Shown here piece by piece: positions 19,396-28,414 of a stretch of 64,000 bases of DNA. The position numbers were made by a program, and so were the translations under genes. The stretch comes from Candidatus Gottesmanbacteria bacterium. GTDB taxonomy: Bacteria; Patescibacteriota; Microgenomatia; UBA10105; UBA927. The DNA is taken from the NCBI GenBank assembly GCA_963809665.1, contig CAWEKC010000001.1:222219-286218 (forward strand), read 5' to 3'. Positions within the stretch are counted from its first letter, which is position 1. Each line of letters starts with the position of its first letter. The notes beneath the pieces are model-generated. The model ran no database searches, was not told the DNA's origin, and was given only the letters and a program-made list of their open reading frames with translations.

Positions 19396-19784
19396 ATATA
19401 TTCCCTCACATACCTGCCGAAACTCATAGGGTGACCGCAACGTGGAACGTGATAAAAAAAAACTGGTTAATCAGCATTGTGCACAAATTTGTCATCGTTC
19501 TTTTTATTCTTTCCGTCGGGCTACTGGTATGGCGCTTCCCAGAGCTCCCACCGAGTGTTCCCATATGGTTCTCACGGCCATGGGGGGAAGACCAGCTGGC
19601 TTCGCCGTATTGGCTTGTGCTTCTGCCGGCCTCAAGCATCGTGTGGTACGGAATAGATCTCCTTATAGGTATTTATATAACTGCGGAATACCTCATCTTC
19701 ACGCAGATGCTGTTCTTATCATCGCTTATTGTAAGCATCCTTTCATTCGTTACGCTTGTTAAAATTTTGTTTCTTGTAACCTAG
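19392..19784 (+). CDS. Small polytopic membrane protein, hypothetical, translationally coupled to the GT-C gene (ATGA overlap)
   Basis: Its ATG at 19392 overlaps the TGA of the preceding gene (19393-19395). Four hydrophobic helices. Confidence 0.35.
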   Translation: MNIFPHIPAETHRVTATWNVIKKNWLISIVHKFVIVLFILSVGLLVWRFPELPPSVPIWFSRPWGEDQLASPYWLVLLPASSIVWYGIDLLIGIYITAEYLIFTQMLFLSSLIVSILSFVTLVKILFLVT

Positions 19785-19788
19785 CACC

Positions 19789-20871
19789 ATGGAAATCATC
19801 GCGCCGTTTGTTGTTGCAATGCTTACCACACTTGTCGTAACCCCGATCGTCATCGGGCTGGCCCGCACGTTACATCTCGTGGACAATCCGCGGGTGCGTT
19901 TCCATCCTGCACACACCCATACAGGAATAATCCCCAGGGCCGGAGGACTGGCTATTCTCATCGGACTGGTTGTCGCGGTTGTCCTCTTCATTCCGATGAC
20001 AAAACTATATACCGGCATGCTGATCGCGGCAATACTGTTGGTGATTGTGGGACTCTTAGATGACTACCAGGATGTCAATCCGTATATCCGGCTTGCTACC
20101 AATGCCATCGCTGCTCTTATTATGGTGGGAGCCGGAGCCGGCATCCCGTATATTACCAATCCGTTGACCGGCGGTATTATCCACCTCGATACGCTGCGCT
20201 TGACGTTCTCATTTTTCGGATCCCATTCTATCCTGGTTTGGGCGGATCTCCTTGCGTTCGTCTGGATTTTATGGACGATGAATATCGTCGGATGGTCTGC
20301 GGGTGTCGATGGACAAATGCCCGGATTTGTGACGATTGCCGCCCTCACCCTGGGGCTATTATCGTTGCGTTTCACCCTGAAAGATCCCAGCCAGGAAGCT
20401 GTGACCGTCCTGGCATTTATCGTAACTGGAACATTTTTAGGATTTATTCCATGGAACTTTTATCCGCAAAAAATCATGCCCGGGTACGGCGGAAAAACAC
20501 TCGCGGGATTTTTACTGGCAATCCTGGGAATTCTTTCCTACGGTAAATTAGGAACGGCGCTCCTTGTTCTCGGAGTACCGACTATCGATGCCGTCTATAC
20601 GCTGCTTCGGAGGGTCGGTTCGAAAAAATCCCCGGTGAAAGCTGACCGCGGACACCTCCATCACCAGTTGTTGAATATCGGGTGGGGGAAACGCCGGATC
20701 GCCTTGTTTTACTGGGGGGTGTCGGCTATACTGGGGGTGATTGCACTCACGGTCACAAGCCGGCAAAAAGTGTTTGCGCTGCTGCTGTTGGCTGCCGGGA
20801 TTGGAGCATTTCTGATATGGGTACAATTCTTTACGCAATTTTCCGAGCCGCAAGACCCAGACAATGGGTAA
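19789..20871 (+). CDS. MraY/WecA-family polyprenyl-phosphate N-acetylhexosamine-1-phosphate transferase
   Basis: VDNPRVRFHPAHTHTGIIPRAGGLAILIG and NIVGWSAGVDGQ (an N..N..DG.DG-like motif). About 10 TM helices. Confidence 0.75.
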   Translation: MEIIAPFVVAMLTTLVVTPIVIGLARTLHLVDNPRVRFHPAHTHTGIIPRAGGLAILIGLVVAVVLFIPMTKLYTGMLIAAILLVIVGLLDDYQDVNPYIRLATNAIAALIMVGAGAGIPYITNPLTGGIIHLDTLRLTFSFFGSHSILVWADLLAFVWILWTMNIVGWSAGVDGQMPGFVTIAALTLGLLSLRFTLKDPSQEAVTVLAFIVTGTFLGFIPWNFYPQKIMPGYGGKTLAGFLLAILGILSYGKLGTALLVLGVPTIDAVYTLLRRVGSKKSPVKADRGHLHHQLLNIGWGKRRIALFYWGVSAILGVIALTVTSRQKVFALLLLAAGIGAFLIWVQFFTQFSEPQDPDNG

Positions 20872-21755
20872 AAAACCTCGCGCTCTTTACGACGATCCTG
20901 TTTACCGGGCATTTTTTTGACCCGCGGGCGTTTCACATAACTATTGTGGCGTTCGTCGCGTTCTGTTTATTATCGTCTTCAAATTACATTTTTAATGACA
21001 TATTGGATGCGCCGCACGACCGGAAACACCCGTTCAAAAAATTCCGTCCGATTGCTAGCGGTAAACTCCCCATTCCCCTTGCGGCAATTGTCTCGATACT
21101 GCTGGCTATCACGGGACTGATGTTAAGTCGAACGGTCTCCGAATCGTTTTTTATGATATCCATTGCGTTTGCATTCGTGCAATATTCCTATACCCTGGTC
21201 CTCAAGCGCTTCAGCGTAATCGATATTCTCACTATCACCACGGCATATTTTCTTCGCGTCTATGCGGGTGAAGCCGCAACAGGCTATCACATATCCATCT
21301 GGTTGGCGCTTGCGGCACTCTCCCTGGCCCTCTTTTTGGCTATCGGAAAACGCCGTGCGGAACTCACGCTCCTGCAGAAATATGACGGCGTCGTACCACG
21401 TGACACCAGGGAAACGCTCTCTCATTACTCGGAAAAACTTCTGGACACGTATACCGCGATGTTTGCCAACAGCACGTTTATTACCTACGCGTTCTACACG
21501 TTTCTGGAGCGTCCGGTAAACCAGGGTATTTTCTTCAGGAACTACTATGATTTTTCCCTGGACATCTCCAGCAGGAAATGGCTCATGATCTCCATACCGT
21601 TCGTTCTTTACGGCATTATGCGGTATATGCAGCTCATTTATGAGGGAAAGGGAGAGTCTCCGGAAAAAGTGCTTATGTCCGATCTGCCGCTTCTGACAAC
21701 CGTTATTTTCTGGATCCTCTCCATCTTCGCCGTGGTATATGGTATTGGGGGATAA
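20817..21755 (+). CDS. UbiA-family prenyltransferase resembling decaprenyl-phosphate 5-phosphoribosyltransferase (DPPR synthase)
   Basis: The N-terminus FRAARPRQWVKNLALF matches the DPPR-synthase N-terminal signature. It has the UbiA Asp-rich motifs (NDILDAPHDRKHP) and about 8 TM helices. It overlaps the upstream gene by 55 nt. Confidence 0.65.
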   Translation: MGTILYAIFRAARPRQWVKNLALFTTILFTGHFFDPRAFHITIVAFVAFCLLSSSNYIFNDILDAPHDRKHPFKKFRPIASGKLPIPLAAIVSILLAITGLMLSRTVSESFFMISIAFAFVQYSYTLVLKRFSVIDILTITTAYFLRVYAGEAATGYHISIWLALAALSLALFLAIGKRRAELTLLQKYDGVVPRDTRETLSHYSEKLLDTYTAMFANSTFITYAFYTFLERPVNQGIFFRNYYDFSLDISSRKWLMISIPFVLYGIMRYMQLIYEGKGESPEKVLMSDLPLLTTVIFWILSIFAVVYGIGG

Positions 21756-21767
21756 AAAATAACGAAA

Positions 21768-22667
21768 TCATTCAATTTTATCTACGTACTGTCCCGACAC
21801 CCATCCGGTATTGGTGCCGTCATAACTTATTTCGTACCAGCCGTTTTGCGTATCCAAAATAGTGAACTTATCGCCGGGGTTAATGCGCGCTGCTTCTGTC
21901 GCGCTGGTTGACGGATCCATACGTACCCGTAAAAACCCGGTAGGGGTATCTTTCACGATTAAATACGGCTTTTCAGGATTTGCCTGAGCGGAAGATGTCG
22001 CGGTCTTGGGAGTCGGGGTCACTTTGCCTGACGGGGTTGCCGTCGGACTTGCTGTCGGAATTTGCGCGCCGGATGAAAGCCCTAATTTCATCTCTGCAAT
22101 AAGTCTGTATCCCGGCGTGGTGCGGATTTTGAGGGTCCTTGTCAAAAACCCGACACTGCTTACTGTTACCGTATGATCCCCCGGCGGGATATCGGAAATG
22201 GAAATCGGCGTGACGCCGCGGGTTACGTCGTCTACCAGGACGCTGGCCCCATCCGGATTTGTCGTCACGGACAGCTCAGATTGTTTGCTGGATATTTTTT
22301 CCAGCCATAACACATCAACGGCGCTTGATAGTTCTGATTCGGTCAAATCCGCGTTCACGTAGGTAAGTAATCCCTGTCCCACCGCTATTTTTCCTTCCCA
22401 TGAAGCAAGTTGCGGGGTTGTCGTATCGGGCACGAGTTTGATCGTATAACTGCCGGCGTTTACTTTTTCAGACGGAAACGGGGTCCTGCCGATGTTTTTG
22501 TTGTCCAAAAATATGGAGGCTGCAGGGTTGCTGTTTACTCGAAGCTCGCCCTGTTTCGGACCTCTGTTGGTAAGAAGCCGGACAATGAGGGCAACCGCGG
22601 CAACAAGGCCTATGAGAACAAGGATAAACACTATTTTGCGCTTCATTGCCTTACGATGATAACACAC
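21768..22667 (-). CDS. Membrane-anchored PEGA-domain protein with a C-terminal SH3b domain
   Basis: N-terminal TM helix, PEGA-like beta segments (VNSNPAASIFLDNKNIGRTPF, VTTNPDGASVLVDD), and C-terminal GDKFTILDTQNGWYEISYDGTNTGWVSGQYV (bacterial SH3). Confidence 0.55.
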   Translation of the reverse strand: MCYHRKAMKRKIVFILVLIGLVAAVALIVRLLTNRGPKQGELRVNSNPAASIFLDNKNIGRTPFPSEKVNAGSYTIKLVPDTTTPQLASWEGKIAVGQGLLTYVNADLTESELSSAVDVLWLEKISSKQSELSVTTNPDGASVLVDDVTRGVTPISISDIPPGDHTVTVSSVGFLTRTLKIRTTPGYRLIAEMKLGLSSGAQIPTASPTATPSGKVTPTPKTATSSAQANPEKPYLIVKDTPTGFLRVRMDPSTSATEAARINPGDKFTILDTQNGWYEISYDGTNTGWVSGQYVDKIE

Positions 22668-22685
22668 CGAGGCAATCCCGTAAAC

Positions 22686-22714
22686 TTGACCTCAACCTAT
22701 AGTTGGAGTATAAT
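22686..22714 (+). promoter_or_regulatory. Sigma70 promoter TTGACC-17-TATAAT, 12 nt upstream of the M23 peptidase ATG
   Basis: A consensus-grade pair of hexamers with 17-nt spacing. It implies a 5'UTR of only about 5 nt. Confidence 0.6.
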
Positions 22715-22726
22715 TTCCCTTCTTGT

Positions 22727-23329
22727 ATGAAGAAACTGTTAAAATGGCTTTCTTCAGATGTCCACGGCAGCAACCGTCTGAGCCACGAAATACGAAGTCG
22801 TATTGAGAGGCTTCACTTCCGGCAGTTTGTAGGGGTAAACCTTGCCGGTCTGGCGTTTGCCGTGGCTATTGTCGCCCCTCAGACATCCGCCGCCGTATCA
22901 GCCTGGGAAGTTAGCCACGATCCGCCCATGGTCACTATCCCCTACGGTCCGGAAGAATCAGAAACCCGTTGGCCTCTTACAACCTTCGGTATTTCCCAAA
23001 ACTTTCGGGTGGGACACCCCGGCATGGATCTTACCGCGCCCCTGGGGACTCCCGTGTACCCCGTGGCTGACGGCACCGTAGCATGGACATCTTTCCTTTC
23101 ATACGGGTACGGAAACCACGTATTTATTACTAGCAACAACCAGTTACAGTCTCTCTATGGCCATCTTTCCAAAATTCTGGTACGGCCGGGTGAAACCGTC
23201 ACCAAAAAAACGGAAATCGGTCTGGTCGGCGCAACCGGCTGGGCGACGGGCAATCACGTGCATCTTGAAGTGTACCAAAACGGCGTGGCCATCAACCCAG
23301 ATGAAGTCCTGCCGGAGATTAAACAGTAA
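22727..23329 (+). CDS. M23-family (LytM) peptidoglycan endopeptidase
   Basis: HPGMDLTAPLGTPVYPVADGTV and GNHVHLEV (the HxH Zn ligands). The start is set at the Met after the promoter rather than the tracker's 22703. Confidence 0.8.
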   Translation: MKKLLKWLSSDVHGSNRLSHEIRSRIERLHFRQFVGVNLAGLAFAVAIVAPQTSAAVSAWEVSHDPPMVTIPYGPEESETRWPLTTFGISQNFRVGHPGMDLTAPLGTPVYPVADGTVAWTSFLSYGYGNHVFITSNNQLQSLYGHLSKILVRPGETVTKKTEIGLVGATGWATGNHVHLEVYQNGVAINPDEVLPEIKQ

Positions 23330-24185
23330 GTTTAATGGCCGCCGCAAGCATCACTCCTGCGGCAATAAACCGGATCGCATACGTTTTCATCGTATGTTTC
23401 TCCAGTAGAGTCGGGACAAAAACGGCAAATAAAAATGCCAATACCATGGAAACCGGCAGAGAAATAATCGTGGAGGCAATCCCCACATTTCCCGTATACG
23501 CCTGATTTGCCGCAAGCATACCTATGGTCCCGGCAATGGAAAGAATTGCGAGCGCTCCTATTTGTTTTTTTGAAATCTTCCCGATATCGCGGCTGAATTT
23601 CGGCCAAGTCAACACAAGCATAATCTGGGCAACAACATACACCCATACTGTAGTTGTCCAGTAGCCGTTGGCCGCTATTGCTTTATTGATGTATATGCCG
23701 TAGGCCGCAATCACCACCATCGCGATCATCGCAATCAAAATCGGCATCCGGAAAAATGAACGGAGTTTAAAGTGTTCATCAAAGCTTACGAATAATCCGG
23801 CGACAAACGTGATACCGATAAGAATATATTGCTGCGTGGTGAGCAGTTGCCCCAGTAGCCATACTCCCAAAAGCACGCTAAACACGGTGCGGAAGTTAAA
23901 CAGAGGCGAAAGCACTGACACATCCAGCAAATACAACGACCAGGTATAAAATACACCGGATAATGCGTAAAATGCCCCTGCAATAATGATGTTTTGCCAT
24001 TGACTGGGCCATCCGACGTGATAGAAAAGCGCGATAACAAGCGTATACAGGAGGATGATAAAACTCCAGACAAAATTAAACATCCAGGGATTTTTGATCG
24101 CGTATTTGCTCGTGAGTTTGGCGAGGATTCCCTCAACTCCCAACAAAATCGATGCCATCCAGGCAAACACAAGATATGATTCCAT
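23319..24185 (-). CDS. EamA/DMT-superfamily transporter
   Basis: Ten predicted TM helices in a duplicated 5+5 arrangement. Confidence 0.6.
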   Translation of the reverse strand: MESYLVFAWMASILLGVEGILAKLTSKYAIKNPWMFNFVWSFIILLYTLVIALFYHVGWPSQWQNIIIAGAFYALSGVFYTWSLYLLDVSVLSPLFNFRTVFSVLLGVWLLGQLLTTQQYILIGITFVAGLFVSFDEHFKLRSFFRMPILIAMIAMVVIAAYGIYINKAIAANGYWTTTVWVYVVAQIMLVLTWPKFSRDIGKISKKQIGALAILSIAGTIGMLAANQAYTGNVGIASTIISLPVSMVLAFLFAVFVPTLLEKHTMKTYAIRFIAAGVMLAAAIKLTV

Positions 24186-24203
24186 GAGGCGAGTATACCA
24201 GAG

Positions 24204-24650
24204 CTATAATTTCTTGCCCATCCAGCGGAAGAGATAGCCTTTTTTAAATCCTTCTTTACGATAAAACTTCTGAGCTCGAGTGTTCGTTTCTTTCACCAGC
24301 AGTGCGAAATCACGATACCCCTGTACTTTCAGATTCTCCGTCATTTTGTTCAAAAGAATAGTTCCTATCCCCTTATCGCGGTATGCCCGTTCCACGTACA
24401 GGGAGGCAAAATATCCCCATTCCCGCATGCCGTGTACGAGACACATGCCCACGAGTTTTCTCCCGTCACGGGCCACAAGAATCGGGTCGTCTTTGGGGTT
24501 TGCAATCCACTTGCGCAGCACCCCGAGAGAATACCAGGTATCGTTTTTAGTGTCTTTCAGCGCCGTGCTTTCCCGTCCCCATATAACCATGGTTGGAGCG
24601 TCAGAAAGCCGTGGTTTAGTGATAGTAATGTTCATAGGGATGCCCTCCAT
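24204..24650 (-). CDS. GNAT-family N-acetyltransferase
   Basis: Motif A, VERAYRDKGIGTILL, followed by FYRKEGF. Confidence 0.7.
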   Translation of the reverse strand: MEGIPMNITITKPRLSDAPTMVIWGRESTALKDTKNDTWYSLGVLRKWIANPKDDPILVARDGRKLVGMCLVHGMREWGYFASLYVERAYRDKGIGTILLNKMTENLKVQGYRDFALLVKETNTRAQKFYRKEGFKKGYLFRWMGKKL

Positions 24651-24688
24651 GGTACCACAAAACGAAGCTAAATCAAAAACGGGAAGAT

Positions 24689-25024
24689 TTACGCGCTTTG
24701 GGGGGATTCCTCAACATTCCTGCGCCTGTTTAACACGACGCTGTAAACCAATTCGCGCCTCCGTTCCCATGTCTTTTCCTGAATTCCGATTCCTTTGCTC
24801 ACACCGGCTGCAAGATGTAAGCTTGCTGATGCGGCATCAAGTTGGGCAATATCCCCGCTTGCCACACGGGCTTTGTGTCTTGCTATATACGCAGTTTTGT
24901 GATGTTGTGCAATCTCGTCATCTGTGATTAAAGCCGCGACAACGGGGAGAACAATACCTTCCCTCTTTGTGTTGTGATCAAGGTAATTTAATCCGCGCTC
25001 CACAATTGTTTCTCTAATATTCAT
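24689..25024 (-). CDS. Hypothetical 111-aa protein with its own strong promoter
   Basis: The ORF is preceded by TTGATT-16-TATAAT (25051-25078, minus strand). No recognisable domain. Confidence 0.4.
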   Translation of the reverse strand: MNIRETIVERGLNYLDHNTKREGIVLPVVAALITDDEIAQHHKTAYIARHKARVASGDIAQLDAASASLHLAAGVSKGIGIQEKTWERRRELVYSVVLNRRRNVEESPQSA

Positions 25025-25050
25025 ATAGCCATTGAGTAAGATTGGATTGT

Positions 25051-25078
25051 ATTATAACCACATTTGCCCCTAAATCAA
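25051..25078 (-). promoter_or_regulatory. Sigma70 promoter TTGATT-16-TATAAT for the 24689-25024 gene
   Basis: Hexamers read on the minus strand. The -10 lies about 26 nt upstream of the ATG. Confidence 0.5.
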
Positions 25079-25101
25079 GGTGAGTTTAATGGGTAGTATA
25101 T

Positions 25102-25509
25102 CTAATTTTTTACTTTGCTTCCCTGAAGTGCAGGCGTCTTGGATATAATGACTTCCTTTGTTCCGATTTTTTTATCGTCATCGAAACAATCGATCTTCAA
25201 AACTCCCTGTTCCGTTATCGGAAGGTTATTGAGTGTCGCGATGACATTAAAATTTCCTTCTGTGTTGGTTTTAATGGTGATCGGAATATCATTTATTTTA
25301 TTTCCTGACGGACCGGTTATAACCAGTATCATTTTATGATCGGATCCGGGCGCCCCGTGGGCCACAACGACAAAACACATGCTCGGATGCTGGGCGGGGA
25401 GGTTTCGCACGAATATCCGGTCGAATATCCCCATGACGGATAACTTGCCGTCCTGCGAAATCATGGCATAATCGCACGTCTCAAACCTGTTTAACTTTAG
25501 ATTAGTCAT
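25102..25509 (-). CDS. Hypothetical beta-rich protein (135 aa)
   Basis: ORF only. No motif recognised. Confidence 0.3.
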   Translation of the reverse strand: MTNLKLNRFETCDYAMISQDGKLSVMGIFDRIFVRNLPAQHPSMCFVVVAHGAPGSDHKMILVITGPSGNKINDIPITIKTNTEGNFNVIATLNNLPITEQGVLKIDCFDDDKKIGTKEVIISKTPALQGSKVKN

Positions 25510-25528
25510 AATTAATTCTACCTTCAGA

Positions 25529-25554
25529 AAGAATCCCGCTTTCGCGGGATTCTT
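25529..25554 (-). terminator. 11-bp GC-containing hairpin (AAGAATCCCGC-tttc-GCGGGATTCTT) 12 nt downstream of the groL stop, with no clean U-tract
   Basis: Perfect inverted repeat read from the sequence. It is a possible groESL terminator or processing site. Confidence 0.4.
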
Positions 25555-25565
25555 AAGTTAATATT

Positions 25566-27224
<1,659 letters not shown>

Positions 27225-27536
27225 TTATTTGACGATTGCCAATATGTCTTTTTGTTCTACGATAGTCCATTCCTGTCCGCCGACTTTTACGTCATTACCG
27301 CCCCACTTCTTATACATAACCTTGTCGCCGACTTTCACAACCATTCCGCAATCACAATCTTTGTCTTCTTCATCACAGCAACACGATTTTCCGGGGCCGA
27401 CTGCCATGATTTGGCCGATCTGGGGTTTTTCTTTTGCGCTGTCCGGGAGAATAATACCGGACGGAAGTTTTTCCTCCGCCTCGAGGGGTTTAATGAGTAC
27501 GTTATCAAATAACGGTGAAATATTTTGTTTTGCCAT
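27225..27536 (-). CDS. groS: Co-chaperonin GroES with a Cys/acidic insertion in the roof hairpin
   Basis: The mobile loop is GIILPDSAKEKPQ and the frame ends in DILAIVK. The roof region reads KSCCCDEEDKDCDCGMV where E. coli has RILENGEVKPLD. Confidence 0.9.
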   Translation of the reverse strand: MAKQNISPLFDNVLIKPLEAEEKLPSGIILPDSAKEKPQIGQIMAVGPGKSCCCDEEDKDCDCGMVVKVGDKVMYKKWGGNDVKVGGQEWTIVEQKDILAIVK

Positions 27537-27546
27537 GGGTCCTCCT

Positions 27547-27573
27547 TTATCACTCTTTTACGATGAGTGCTAT
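27547..27573 (-). promoter_or_regulatory. CIRCE operator (HrcA site): ATAGCACTC-N9-GAGTGATAA on the transcribed strand, 16/18 match to TTAGCACTC-N9-GAGTGCTAA
   Basis: Read directly. It lies between the promoter -10 and the groES SD (GGAGG at 27541-27545). Confidence 0.8.
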
Positions 27574-27600
27574 TTTAACTTGCGTAGAAAACCTTGTCAA
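27572..27600 (-). promoter_or_regulatory. Sigma70 promoter TTGACA-17-TAAAAT for groES-groL
   Basis: Perfect -35, 17-nt spacer, and the -10 abutting CIRCE. The stop codon of the upstream gene lies inside the -10. Confidence 0.7.
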
Positions 27601-28411
27601 GGGGTATGTGGAACCGCCTCAGGCGCGTTCCCAACCTCCGTTTGATCCAAACACGGGCATCCCGCGGATGGAACCGAAGGGTCGTATCCGTAATGATCTC
27701 GCGTGTCCGATGGCGTGCCATATACCACAGCTGCAACCGCTTGGCAGGCCATTCGAACAATCTCATGACAAAAATAACCAGAGGAAAACTCGTACACATC
27801 CGGTCAACCTTGGCCATCTTTTTCTCATTCCATGCATTGGGAAGATACTCGGCAACCCAGCGGTTGGACCGTAAGAACCGTTGATATTCGCCGTTTTGTT
27901 CCCACAACGGCACCATCTGAAGCACTTCATGAGCGGTAAAACAATCGCAGTATTCCGTCTCAAGCGCAGTATGACTCCGTGTCATGAACATATTAAGACA
28001 CACTTTATCGGCAACCGACGTATCATTGGGATGCCGCCGAAGCCCGAAAATATCCATAAGCAATGTTGCCAGCATCCGGCTCACCCACAGCGTTCCGTCA
28101 GCCACGACAAGAAACATATCTATATCATCCTTACGCCCGGCATTATTCATCGCCAGCCCGCCTGTGACGCCGACCAGTTGAATTGTGGGAACAAGAGAGA
28201 GCCAACGGCCAGCCCGCTTCGCTATGTTCCATTTCCCTGACTGCCATGAAGCTTCTATACGTTTGGCGGGCAGACCAAACCCTTTTGGTACAGCGCGGAT
28301 CGGATAAAACAAAAACCACAATACCATTTCCCGGCGGGTAAGGGGGTAATTAAAAACATCTGCATACGCGAGCGTTGCGATTGCAGCATCATGTTTGGAT
28401 ATACGGGACAT
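27575..28411 (-). CDS. Hypothetical protein with a minimal nucleotidyltransferase-fold motif
   Basis: VTGGLAMNNAGRKDDIDMFLV fits the hG[GS]-x9-13-DhDh pattern. Otherwise unassigned. Confidence 0.3.
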   Translation of the reverse strand: MSRISKHDAAIATLAYADVFNYPLTRREMVLWFLFYPIRAVPKGFGLPAKRIEASWQSGKWNIAKRAGRWLSLVPTIQLVGVTGGLAMNNAGRKDDIDMFLVVADGTLWVSRMLATLLMDIFGLRRHPNDTSVADKVCLNMFMTRSHTALETEYCDCFTAHEVLQMVPLWEQNGEYQRFLRSNRWVAEYLPNAWNEKKMAKVDRMCTSFPLVIFVMRLFEWPAKRLQLWYMARHRTREIITDTTLRFHPRDARVWIKRRLGTRLRRFHIPLDKVFYAS

Positions 28412-28414
28412 GGA

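Noticed and set aside
24280-24927. 215-aa plus-strand ORF spanning the GNAT gene and the upstream small ORF
   Set aside because: It overlaps two minus-strand genes that have a recognisable GNAT motif and a strong promoter. It has no motif support of its own.
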